A stretch of 64,000 nucleotides of DNA from a virus, in the IMG/VR virus record IMGVR_UViG_3300044922_000290, positions 32,432 to 96,431 of that record; one strand, written 5' to 3'. The notes under the pieces are model-generated. The model was not told the origin of the DNA and did not search any database. It saw only the letters and a list, made by a program, of their open reading frames with translations. This document shows, one piece after another, positions 46,112 through 56,900 of this stretch. The number at the start of each line of letters is the position of its first letter. Position 1 is the first letter of the stretch. The position numbers and the translations under genes were made by a program.

Positions 46112-47269
46112 ATGACTGTAGAACAAATTAAACAGGCTTTACTTGAAGATTCTTCTTTAAGAAAGCTTAATACAGAAAGACTTGCCAAAAAACTAGGAGC
46201 TACAATAGAAAATGTAATCCTAGCCAGGTCTAAGAAAACTCCTCTTCAAGAGAAGCTTGATTATTTAGAATTACCTATTAGTGCTGTAGACAAAGTAAAG
46301 TTTTGGGATCAGGGTGAAAACCAAAGATTCACTATATCAACTAAAAGAAGTTGGCATGAAACATTGGGTCTAACATCAATAGATGATGCACTAGAAAGCA
46401 TTAAAACAGCATTTAAAGATAAGATTTCTCCAGTAAGAATAAAGGTAGAAGAAAAAGATAATAGAAAAGCTCTTTTCATTTATTTAGCTGATTTACACAT
46501 AGGAGCCAAAACTTCTAATAACAGCTTGTTTCCTAACCATTATGATGCTAATGTATTTAAAGAAAGGTTACAACATACCTTAGTTACTATAAAACAGAAT
46601 AAAGAGTTCTTTGGTGTATTTGATGCATTATACATAGTAAACTTAGGAGATGCTCTTGATGGTTATAATAAACAAACAACAAGAGGTGGACATGAATTAC
46701 CTCAGAACTTAGATAACAATGAACAGCTAGATACATTCTTTGAAGCACATAAAGATTTATTTGATACTATAGTATCTATGAATGCAGCTAAAAGAATAGA
46801 ATATGTTGCTTGTACTAACTGTAACCATAGTGGTTCATTTGGTTATGCAGCTAACAGATTATTAGACATCTACTTATCTCTTAAATACCCTGATATAAAG
46901 AGGACTATTGTAACTAGGTTTATAGACCACTTACAATATGGTCAACATACTTTTATGTTTACTCACGGTAAAGATGATAAGGATATGAAGTTTGGATTGC
47001 CTGCAATACTAAATGAAAAAACAGAAAATTATATTAATGCTTACATACACTACCATAAAATACAAACTCCTGCAATACATTTAGTAAAAGGAGATTTACA
47101 CTTATCTGCTAAACAACCTGCAAAGATATTCCGTTACAAGAATGTTTTATCTTTATATGGTAGTAGCAAGTGGGTACAAACTAACTTTATGGTAAATAAG
47201 TGTGGTTATAACTACGAGATAGTAGATAAGTATAGTACAAGCATTTATGAGAACGAACATATATTTTAA
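46112..47269 (+). CDS. calcineurin-like metallophosphoesterase
   Basis: ADLHIG, LGDALDG, CNH, FTHG, KGDLH. Confidence 0.8.
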   Translation: MTVEQIKQALLEDSSLRKLNTERLAKKLGATIENVILARSKKTPLQEKLDYLELPISAVDKVKFWDQGENQRFTISTKRSWHETLGLTSIDDALESIKTAFKDKISPVRIKVEEKDNRKALFIYLADLHIGAKTSNNSLFPNHYDANVFKERLQHTLVTIKQNKEFFGVFDALYIVNLGDALDGYNKQTTRGGHELPQNLDNNEQLDTFFEAHKDLFDTIVSMNAAKRIEYVACTNCNHSGSFGYAANRLLDIYLSLKYPDIKRTIVTRFIDHLQYGQHTFMFTHGKDDKDMKFGLPAILNEKTENYINAYIHYHKIQTPAIHLVKGDLHLSAKQPAKIFRYKNVLSLYGSSKWVQTNFMVNKCGYNYEIVDKYSTSIYENEHIF

Positions 47270-47272
47270 ATC

Positions 47273-47986
47273 ATGCTAACATTAGAGAAGCTCCGTTTTG
47301 GGCTATTAGAATCCATAAATCAATACTCAGATGACTCTACCCTGACTTATAGGTTATTAGATCAGTATATAGAAGAATACAGAGTAAAATGGTTTGAACT
47401 TGAATTTAATAAATTCAATAAAGTAGTACCTAATGTGTACTATCAGACACTATCTTGTTTAGATATAGAAACAGTAGATATTGCAGAATGTTGTTCTACC
47501 ATTGTAGGTTGTGATATACTTCGTACAAAAGAAGAAATTCCAGGAATAATTTCTTTAGCTGATGGAGAACTAATAGCTAAAGTAAGTCCTGTAGGTATAT
47601 ACAACATTCCTTTTCAACTTATAAAATACGAGAACCTTGAATATTTTGGTGAAGGTAGATATGAGAAAAATAGAATAGGGGCTTTCTACTATAATAACAG
47701 AATTTACTTATGGTGTAAAGACAAGTTTAATTACAGCTTAATAGAGAAGATTTCTATGAGAGCTGTATTTAGGTATCCTTCTGAAGCAGGTAAATTTAGT
47801 GATTGTTCTAATAAACCTTGTTGGGGCCCAGATACTGCATATCCTTTGGATGAAAGAATTTGGAACTATATGAAGAATGATATTTTAGCAAATGAGTTTA
47901 AAATTAAACTATCTTCACCACAAGACCTTAGCTTAAGTAATGCCAAAGTAGGCTCACCAATAACCCCAAATGAGAATACTCAATAA
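47273..47986 (+). CDS. tail ring protein (gene 73-like)
   Basis: SDDS..T...YQTLSCLD.E.VD...ILRTK..IP...AVF..P...YPL. Confidence 0.65.
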   Translation: MLTLEKLRFGLLESINQYSDDSTLTYRLLDQYIEEYRVKWFELEFNKFNKVVPNVYYQTLSCLDIETVDIAECCSTIVGCDILRTKEEIPGIISLADGELIAKVSPVGIYNIPFQLIKYENLEYFGEGRYEKNRIGAFYYNNRIYLWCKDKFNYSLIEKISMRAVFRYPSEAGKFSDCSNKPCWGPDTAYPLDERIWNYMKNDILANEFKIKLSSPQDLSLSNAKVGSPITPNENTQ

Positions 47987-48470
47987 AGACCACTATAGTT
48001 ATTACAAGCAAAAATCTAAATCTCCACTATCGTATGAAGAGTATAACAACTTTTTGTATGGTAATGGAGATTCTATGTATGATTGGAGAACTAAAGAAGT
48101 ATGTAAAGAGTTTGGCTTAATGCAGGACATAATACATACCATAGTTCACTCTGCAAGTATGTTTCCTATGCCTTATGGGTTAGGTAATATATATGTAACA
48201 AAGAAGAAAAACAGAGTAATGGAATTTCCTAGTGGTAAAATCTTCAAGAAGAGAAGTGTAAACTGGAAAGAAACAAAACAGAAAGGTTCTTTAGTGTTTC
48301 ATGACAATGTACATACAGATGAGTATATTTACAAGATAAAATGGGATACCTCTTACCATCATTACAGGAATAAAACTTTATATAAATTCAAACCTTCCAG
48401 AGGATTTCAACGTTACATAGCATTTATGAAAGAGAAAAATCCACAATTAGACTATTTAGAAGATGTATAA
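47970..48470 (+). CDS. IHF-like protein of crAss-like phages
   Basis: FPMPYGLGNIYVTK...VNWKETK...NVHTDEY.YKIKW...YKFKPSR. Confidence 0.7.
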   Translation: MRILNKDHYSYYKQKSKSPLSYEEYNNFLYGNGDSMYDWRTKEVCKEFGLMQDIIHTIVHSASMFPMPYGLGNIYVTKKKNRVMEFPSGKIFKKRSVNWKETKQKGSLVFHDNVHTDEYIYKIKWDTSYHHYRNKTLYKFKPSRGFQRYIAFMKEKNPQLDYLEDV

Positions 48471-49434
48471 TGGTAAATATGTAAGCTCATCATATATAAT
48501 GAATGAGCTTTTCCGTGATTTTAAATCTTATGACTACCAACTACAAGTAGCTGATGTGGTACAATGGATTGGTGATGGCTTACGCAGGTTAAAACAACCA
48601 AGGTATTATGTAGATAAACTAACAGATGGTAACCTAGCTTTAGGACATTTACCTCTGATAGATATAGTTGATGGTAGAGGAGAATTACCTTATGACCTTA
48701 TTTCTATAACTCAAACAGCAAGAGCTGAAGAAAGAAGAAGTCCTTTTAATCCTCCTTACGTTTTATCAGGTATAGCTTACTATGATATAGAAACAGGTAC
48801 TGAATGTACTTTGGGAGATGGTTCAGACTTATGTAATCAGTTTACAAATTGTAACTGTCATATAGGTTCAGACCAAAGATGTCAAGGTTGTTGTAAAGAT
48901 TCACCTTGTACTACACTAACCTTACATCCAATGCGTTGGGCTACACATACATTCTTTAAAGGTTACCATAATTGTGACTTAGATGTACGGGCTAATTCTG
49001 ACCTTACTTATACAGTAAACAACAACTACATATTTACTTCTTTCAAAGAAGGTAAAGTATGTATGGCATACAGAGCTGTACCTTTAGATGAGAATGGATT
49101 ACCTTTAGTACCTGATACACAATCAGTAATAGAATACCTTAAATGGTTCTGTGCTGAAAAGATTGCTTTTAACTTATTTCTAACTGATAAATACACAGAA
49201 ACTAAATTAAGTTATTTCCAAGCTAACCATCAGTTATGGTTTAGAAAAGCACGTGCTGAAGCCAAAATACCTCAATCAATGGATGAATGGGAATCTTTAA
49301 AGAACTCTCGTGTTAAACTACTTCCAAGATTCTTTGAGCATAATTCATTCTTTGGTCACCTACAAACTCCTCAACAGATTTGGAACCAACCAAGAAGTGT
49401 TGCATTAAATAACCCTGTAAGTAGATTATTATAA
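48463..49434 (+). CDS. tail tubular/ring protein (P22 gp4-like position)
   Basis: ELPYDL...YTVNNNYIFTSFKEGKV.MAY.A.PLDENGLPLVPD. Confidence 0.75.
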   Translation: MYNGKYVSSSYIMNELFRDFKSYDYQLQVADVVQWIGDGLRRLKQPRYYVDKLTDGNLALGHLPLIDIVDGRGELPYDLISITQTARAEERRSPFNPPYVLSGIAYYDIETGTECTLGDGSDLCNQFTNCNCHIGSDQRCQGCCKDSPCTTLTLHPMRWATHTFFKGYHNCDLDVRANSDLTYTVNNNYIFTSFKEGKVCMAYRAVPLDENGLPLVPDTQSVIEYLKWFCAEKIAFNLFLTDKYTETKLSYFQANHQLWFRKARAEAKIPQSMDEWESLKNSRVKLLPRFFEHNSFFGHLQTPQQIWNQPRSVALNNPVSRLL

Positions 49435-52400
49435 TGGGAGAATACGTTAGAAATACATTTGACAAAGGATTAAATAAAGACTTAAGTAAGGGTAAAACAG
49501 CAAACAATACATTACTAGAAAACTTAGGTTTTAACATAGTAACTGAACTTGGGTTATCTACCTTAGCTTTAGAAACTCCAAAAGGAAACAAGTATTCTTT
49601 TGAGATACCTGATACATTTGCTATTTATAAGATTACCATACGTAGATTGCCTACAGAAGCATCAGGATATAATTTAGATATTAACCAACAAGGTGTAGGA
49701 ATAACTTTATCTACCGCAACTACAATAGATGAGTTATTCTCACAGATGCAATCTTTTGTACAAAATAGCTTTAAAATACAACTAGGCTTAGATTTTATCT
49801 ATGTAATAGGAACTACACAAAATCCTATTATATCTTCTACTATGTTTAATAGTGGAGGCCCACTTACACTAGCTTTACATATATCAGCTCAAACTGATTT
49901 AGCTATTGTAGGTTGGAAACAAATAAGAGATTCAATAGGTATATTAACTACAAAGAAAACTAATGTAGCTCCTTTTACAGATAGTGATGGTAACATATCA
50001 CAAATATGGAAACTAGACTATAATGAAGTTACAGATACAGTAGTTTCTCCTAATGGTACAGCACTAAATTGTGTAGACCATTTATACTATAATGACAGAT
50101 TAAATTTATCTTTACAACATGAAATATATAGGGAAATTGAGGGAAGGTATGAAAATACACAAGCTCAAAGATTCTATTGGACGGACAATTATAATTACCC
50201 AAGGGCATTTAATTTTGCATTGGAGAACAGCTTTACAACTCCTCCTGGGTTACTAGATTGGAAAGCAGATGTAGCATTATCTGTACCTATATTAGATAGT
50301 ATTATACCAAATACAGGTAATATTCCTGTAGGTAAAATAGGGTACTTTTACCAACTGCAATCTACTGATGGGGCATTATCCCCATATTCTGATATAAGTA
50401 ACCTTATAATGCTTACAGACAGTACATATGCAGAAAGTTCACAACAATATAAAGGAGCTATATCAGGTACTAACAGTACTAAGTCAGTAAGGTTTTATAT
50501 AAACAATATTGACCAAAGATACTCTATAATAAAAGTATGTTATGTAATATATCAAAATAACAACATACCAGAGTTTTATAAATTTAATGAGTTTAATATT
50601 ACTTCAAAGAAGATGTTCTTTGTACATTCAGGTAATGAATCAGATACAGCACTATCTTTAGAAGAAGTAATAAATCCTAACATACAGTTTGATACTTGTA
50701 AATCAATAACTTACAAATACAACAGGCTGTATGCTGCAAACACTACTACAAAAAACTATGCATTAGATTTTGATGCGAGAGTTTACAGATACTCAGGTAA
50801 GGCTCCATACAATTTTACAGATGTAGCTCCTCAAGTAGCTAAAGTATGGTCACAAGATGGTAGGTATAAACTTATAAATACCAGCTATAAGATATACAAT
50901 GTTAATGGTACAAACATTACACCTCAAGATATTTCTGATTCAGAAGACTTAGTAAATGCTTATAATGATGAATCAGGTACTGTATATGGACTATTCCCAA
51001 CAGGTGATGTATCTGTTTGGGATAATATCTATCAGTTTAAGTTTCAAGCAGATGGATTAACTTTAGGAGGCTCAGGGCCAAATGTAAGTTATAAGTTTGT
51101 AAAAGAAGATATGTCTTGTGATTGGGTAGTAACAGGAAGTTTAGACCACACCGAAGGTACAAATGGTTCAGGCCCTGTATATTTACCACGTGGTACAGAC
51201 TTTATTAATGTACCAGCAGGTAATAATACAAGTTCTGTAAACTTAGGTATAACAGGGCAAGATTATTTACAACAAGGTTTTGCTAACTTAAAATCAAGCT
51301 CACGTGAATCTATATACCTTACTTTACAAAGAGGTGAAACATATAGAGTTGGTATAAGGACTTTAAATAAGAAAGGAGAAACTTCTTTTGTAAATTGGAT
51401 GGGAGATATACGTACTCCTGAAGCTGTAGAATATAATACAGTAGACCCAAGTGCTAATCCTTTTAACTATAATCTGGCTTTAAATAATCTTACAGACAAT
51501 GTAAACTATTTACAGGTTCGTAGTATAGGGTTAGAATTTACAATAAGAACTGAGAATTTACCTGATGATATTACTGCATTTCAGATAGTTTATGTAGAGA
51601 GAACTGACGAGAATAAAACTAGGTTTGGTACAGGCTTACATTTACCTGTACTACAAATGAATGGCAGTGATGTCAACAGGCTAAAAGTTAATGGGGAGTT
51701 TACTGATGTTTATGTTACTGGAGTATATAAAAGTACAAGTAGTGCTGAAAACTGGACAGCTTATGACATACGAGAAGATTCTACTACAAAAGGTGGTGGT
51801 GGAGTATCTTTTATAAGAAGTAACTTTTGGCCTTTACAATTAGGGGCAAATCAACCCAACAGAATAGGATTAATTAAATCTCCTATGGCTGATGCACAAT
51901 TACCTCTTACAAGTGCTACATACATAAAACTACATGAAGGGTTTAGAGCCTATGAATCTCAATACTTTGCACAAAATCCAAGTAGTGGGGGGTTAGCTAT
52001 GTGCTATGGCTATTGGTTAAAATATAATGATTCTGCTTTAGGTATACCAACTACACAAATACGTAACTCAATAGACGCACGTCAGAATGTAGGTATAGAT
52101 TCTATTGTATTAAGAACTGTTGCTCCTACTGTAATGCAGTATGACTTTCATAATGTAGCATTAAGGAATGGTGATGGTACAGAAGGAAAACGTGGTTTAA
52201 TAGCAGGATTAGGACAAACATCAGAATTTATTGTTACAGGACAAATAACTAATACAGTACAATACAATACTACTTTTAATGGTAGTAATGTTACAGATGT
52301 AGATGCATTACCTTTTACAGCTTTTAATGATTCTGCGTTTGAACCAGGAACTGATGATGCTGATGATAACAGAGGTATACCAAAATCTAACTACAGGTTA

Positions 52401-53996
52401 GTACAATACTGTACTTTTAATATAGGACAGTATGGAGGCCCTTGGAGAGCTTCAAGATATAATAATGAGTATATAGCCTTTGGTAATTTTATACCTATCA
52501 GTGCTTCAAATCCTGCAAATCAAACATTTAGACAGTTTGGAGATACTTGGATAGGAATGTACTCAAGTGTATATTTTGCTTTTCCTTGGATGGAAGATCA
52601 TGGTATAGCTAGTAGAGGTGGAGTAGGTTCAGGGTTAGGTAATATATATGAAGAATCTAACAACTACAAACAAGCTTCAGTTATTTACCCTTGTGAAGCT
52701 CCTATTAATGGAGATATGAGGTATGGTAAATACTGGGCATCAGACCAAGTTAGACAACAGAATAACTTAGATGATTTTGCACCATTTCAGTTTGATGAGA
52801 ATTTATTTAACTTATCTTACGACCAAAAGAATAATGCAAAAAAGTTTGTGCCAGAACCTTTTAATACAAGTTTTGATGAAGAGCAACCTCATAGAGTATG
52901 GGTTTCACAAAACAAGTTAGATAGTGAAGTAATAGACTCTTGGAGAATATTCAGGGTAAATGATTATAAAGACTTAGAAGGTACATACGGACAGATAAAT
53001 AAGATAGTAAACTTTAAAGATAAACTTTTAGCTTATCAAGATAGAGCTGTAGGTTGGGTACAATCAGAAGAAAATTCTGCACTAAGAACTACTGACACAT
53101 TGGCAGCTCAAATAGGTACAGGTGACATACTGACAAGGTATCAATACATATCTATTGAATCAGGTTCTATACATCAACATTCTGTAGTTGTAGCTCCTGA
53201 TAGTGTACATTCATTTGATGCAAGGTTAAGAAAGTATATGATACTACGAGAAAACTTAGCTCCTGCTTCAGATGTAGAAGGATTATCAGCTTTCTTCAGA
53301 GAAAATGTATATGGGCCTATACTACAAACAGACCAAGTACTATTAGGTATAGGTATACATGGAGTATATGATACTAAATACAATAGATGTTTTATGACCT
53401 TCTTAAATAAGGTAGATGATGGTGCAGGTAAAATAGACAAGAAGTTTACAACAGTATATAATGATTTACTACAAGCATTTGAGAAACATGAACCTTTTAC
53501 ACCTAACTTATATTTAAATACAGGTAAAAGATTACTTTCAACTAACAATGCTTTAGATAAAGTATATGTACATTCACAAGGTAACTTCCTTGAGTATTAT
53601 GGTAGTTATTATCCAGCTTCTGTTACATTCATTTGTAAATTCCCTGATGAAACTAACTTACTTACAGCAAGGGTAGATACATTAGAGTTTTGGTCAGAAG
53701 TATTTAATAATGCTGGAGTAAACTTACCACTAGAATCAGTTACTTCAATAAAAATGGAGAATGATTATCAATCTACCTTTAATTCTTTGAACCCTTTAAC
53801 AGATTCTACGTTAAAGCGAAGAGAAAGAACTTGGAGAGTATCTCATATAAAAGATTACACTCCTCCTTATAACAATGTAAAGATAAAACCATATCTACGT
53901 GATAAGTATGTTAAAGTAACACTTACATTTAACAATCCTCAACATAGATTAGTTTTACATGATATTAATACACAAATTACTAAATCTTACCATTAA
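49434..53996 (+). CDS. tail stabilisation / muzzle protein (P22 gp10-like)
   Basis: NTFDKGLNKD, FYWTDNYNYPR, LQRGETYRVGI, DSWRIFRVNDYKDLEGTYGQINK...; 1520 aa. Confidence 0.8.
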   Translation: MGEYVRNTFDKGLNKDLSKGKTANNTLLENLGFNIVTELGLSTLALETPKGNKYSFEIPDTFAIYKITIRRLPTEASGYNLDINQQGVGITLSTATTIDELFSQMQSFVQNSFKIQLGLDFIYVIGTTQNPIISSTMFNSGGPLTLALHISAQTDLAIVGWKQIRDSIGILTTKKTNVAPFTDSDGNISQIWKLDYNEVTDTVVSPNGTALNCVDHLYYNDRLNLSLQHEIYREIEGRYENTQAQRFYWTDNYNYPRAFNFALENSFTTPPGLLDWKADVALSVPILDSIIPNTGNIPVGKIGYFYQLQSTDGALSPYSDISNLIMLTDSTYAESSQQYKGAISGTNSTKSVRFYINNIDQRYSIIKVCYVIYQNNNIPEFYKFNEFNITSKKMFFVHSGNESDTALSLEEVINPNIQFDTCKSITYKYNRLYAANTTTKNYALDFDARVYRYSGKAPYNFTDVAPQVAKVWSQDGRYKLINTSYKIYNVNGTNITPQDISDSEDLVNAYNDESGTVYGLFPTGDVSVWDNIYQFKFQADGLTLGGSGPNVSYKFVKEDMSCDWVVTGSLDHTEGTNGSGPVYLPRGTDFINVPAGNNTSSVNLGITGQDYLQQGFANLKSSSRESIYLTLQRGETYRVGIRTLNKKGETSFVNWMGDIRTPEAVEYNTVDPSANPFNYNLALNNLTDNVNYLQVRSIGLEFTIRTENLPDDITAFQIVYVERTDENKTRFGTGLHLPVLQMNGSDVNRLKVNGEFTDVYVTGVYKSTSSAENWTAYDIREDSTTKGGGGVSFIRSNFWPLQLGANQPNRIGLIKSPMADAQLPLTSATYIKLHEGFRAYESQYFAQNPSSGGLAMCYGYWLKYNDSALGIPTTQIRNSIDARQNVGIDSIVLRTVAPTVMQYDFHNVALRNGDGTEGKRGLIAGLGQTSEFIVTGQITNTVQYNTTFNGSNVTDVDALPFTAFNDSAFEPGTDDADDNRGIPKSNYRLVQYCTFNIGQYGGPWRASRYNNEYIAFGNFIPISASNPANQTFRQFGDTWIGMYSSVYFAFPWMEDHGIASRGGVGSGLGNIYEESNNYKQASVIYPCEAPINGDMRYGKYWASDQVRQQNNLDDFAPFQFDENLFNLSYDQKNNAKKFVPEPFNTSFDEEQPHRVWVSQNKLDSEVIDSWRIFRVNDYKDLEGTYGQINKIVNFKDKLLAYQDRAVGWVQSEENSALRTTDTLAAQIGTGDILTRYQYISIESGSIHQHSVVVAPDSVHSFDARLRKYMILRENLAPASDVEGLSAFFRENVYGPILQTDQVLLGIGIHGVYDTKYNRCFMTFLNKVDDGAGKIDKKFTTVYNDLLQAFEKHEPFTPNLYLNTGKRLLSTNNALDKVYVHSQGNFLEYYGSYYPASVTFICKFPDETNLLTARVDTLEFWSEVFNNAGVNLPLESVTSIKMENDYQSTFNSLNPLTDSTLKRRERTWRVSHIKDYTPPYNNVKIKPYLRDKYVKVTLTFNNPQHRLVLHDINTQITKSYH

Positions 53997-56900
53997 TGGG
54001 AAAGTATACTAAAATAAAAGCTGATGGTGGGCCAATAAAAGGTAAGAAGAAACCTGCTATTAAAGTTAGTGATCCTTTTGATCTTAATTTACATGCTTAT
54101 TTAGATAGCTCAAATTTACATAATGCTTACTTAGAGCAACTAAAATATAACCCGCCAGTAGCTCCAAAAGATTTAACTGCCCTTGATATTGATTATAAAA
54201 ATAGATTTAAAAATAAAACAAAAAATGAACAATTAATTTCGTTTAGTCCAAAAAAGGGTATGGTTAGCCCGTATAAATCTAAAAGCGAGTATTTAAAAGC
54301 AAATCCTGCGGAAGCTCCTTTAATAGATGCTTATGAAAATTTAAACTTTAAAGGAAAAACTCAAACAGGCTATTGGACAACTCCTGATTTATCTCACGAA
54401 AGTATAGCACCAATTGATGTTTATACAGGAGAAGTCTTAGTAAAAGGAAAACCAAGGCATGGGGGAAATCCCGTATATGCAGAACCTACTCAACCTTATG
54501 AGTATACTGGAGATATTAATGACGTATTAAAATATAGAAGTAGCCCCACTGTATATGGAATAAGTGCCTCCCCACACCAAGAAAAATTAAATATAAATTC
54601 TATACAATATAATCCTAAAGATACTAATCCTTACAATAAATATGTTGTAAATAGATACTTACCTACACCACAATCTCCAGTTAATCCTTTACCATACGAT
54701 GATATTCAGTTATATTCTGGACACCAAAACAGAGATAATCAAGGTCTATCTGTAGGTTATGTAATGGAAGATGGTAAGAGGAGAGATATAATGGCAGATG
54801 AATATAATGCAATTATGGGTAGCTCTGTACAAGGAGGTACTAAACTAGAAAATACTGATTATGCAATGGGTGGAATGATTAAACGTAAAGATGGCTCATA
54901 TTCTAAACGAGGATTGTGGGACAATATAAGGGCTAACAAAGGTTCAGGTAAAGCTCCTACTAAAGAGATGCTTAAACAAGAACGTAAAATTAAAGCTAAG
55001 TATGCAGATGGTGGCCCATTAGATAGAAATAAATTAAAAGAATACATTGACCTGTATGGATTTGGTTCAGGAGAAGATAGTGCTGGAGATGGTTATGATT
55101 TTATTTATAATAATCTAATAACCAAACATGGACTAGACCCAGATAATGCTGCTAAATATACTACAGCTATTTTATCTCCTTTAGAAATACAACCAAATAG
55201 TTTTACTCAAAGTACAGAAAATAATAATGCTGTTTATACAGCAGAAGATATGGATTTATATACAGGTGATACTGATATGGCAGAAATTAATAAATATAGA
55301 CCAACAAAACAATTAACTGCTAAAAAACCTTTTGGGTATAAAGAGAATTTTTCTAATGGTGAACAAGAATATGGTAAAGGCGGGCCAATTAATCCTTTAG
55401 AAGGAGATTTAATTTCTAAAGTTATTATGAACAGAAATAGAGATAAAGATTTTGTTCAAAGAGCTTATGCTGTAGGAGATTATCCTAATTCTAATATGTT
55501 TACTTCACCTGATCCTGATAACTTTGGTTCTAGAATGAGCCATAAAATGGAATATGGAGAAGATGATAAAGGACAAACATATATGTATCCTTCTGTAATG
55601 AATCCTAAAAATGAAGATATAAAAATTCCTAAACAGTATGCAGACTATATATCTTCTGTAGGTTATAAAAAAGCTACAGGAATGCCTTATGCAATGGGTG
55701 GTAGAATGAACCAAGCTCAACAGCTTAATCAAGGTAAAATGAGAGTTGGTAGTGGTGAAGGTAATGGGTTAAGAGAATATGCATCAGATTATGGTAATTT
55801 CCTATTAGATGGAATTACAGGTGTGGCGGAAGGAATTACAGGAGCTGAAATATATAACCCTAATTACAATACAAAGCTAGGTAAAATAGCAGGAGCTGTT
55901 AACAATCAATCAGGTAAAATGATTGGTAAATTTGCACCTATGGCTTTAAATGCTGTAGCACCTGGAGTAGGAACTGCTGTAGGAGTAGCAGGTAAAGCTA
56001 TTGGAACAGGGTTAAACGCTTCAAAAAATGAACAATCTAATGAACAATTAAATTTAGGTAATAATTCAATGCTACCTAACGTATTAGGTAATAATACGGA
56101 AGGTATAGCAGCAATGGAACAAATGGGAGCAAGTATGAAAATGGCACAAGGTGGCTTAATGCACATCAATGAAGGTGGTACACACGAACAAAATGCTTTA
56201 GGTGGTGTACCTATAGGCCCTAATGCTTTAGTAGAGCAGGGTGAAACTATAAATAATGACTTTGTATTTTCTGATAGGTTAAAACCTAAAGGAAGTAAAA
56301 AGACTTATGCACAACTATCTAAATCTGTAGATACTAAATACAGATTACGTCCTGATGATAAACTTTCTAAAGAAGCTAAACAGATGGATTTAGATAGGTT
56401 AGCTATGCAACAAGAAGCTCAGAAAGATGAAATGTCTACTAAGTATATGCAGAAAGCAATGGCTTGTGGTGGGAAGATAAAAGGCTTTGGTGGTTCATTT
56501 CAAGGGCCTATATCTCAATCTATGAATGTTACTAATGGTCAGAATACTTTGTTAGCTATGGGTGGAAATCTTCCTAACTATGATTATGGAGATGATGGAA
56601 ACATAAGAAGAAGTCCTTATAATAATATGGTTAATGCTGTAGATAATGGCATTAACAATGTTAATTACCGACCTAGCAATGATGTAATATTTAATGAACG
56701 TATGAAAAGAGAGGGTTTTAACCCTACTTTAGAAGATTATAATAAAGTTGTATTAAGGCAACAACAAGCAGCTTATGGTGGTAGCTTGATGAGTAACTTT
56801 ATGGAACAACCTCCTGTATATCAAAATCCTGCTAATCAATATGCTACGGGTGGTAATATGTATGGTAATGGTGGTGGGCCAATTGGGCCTTTAACACAGG

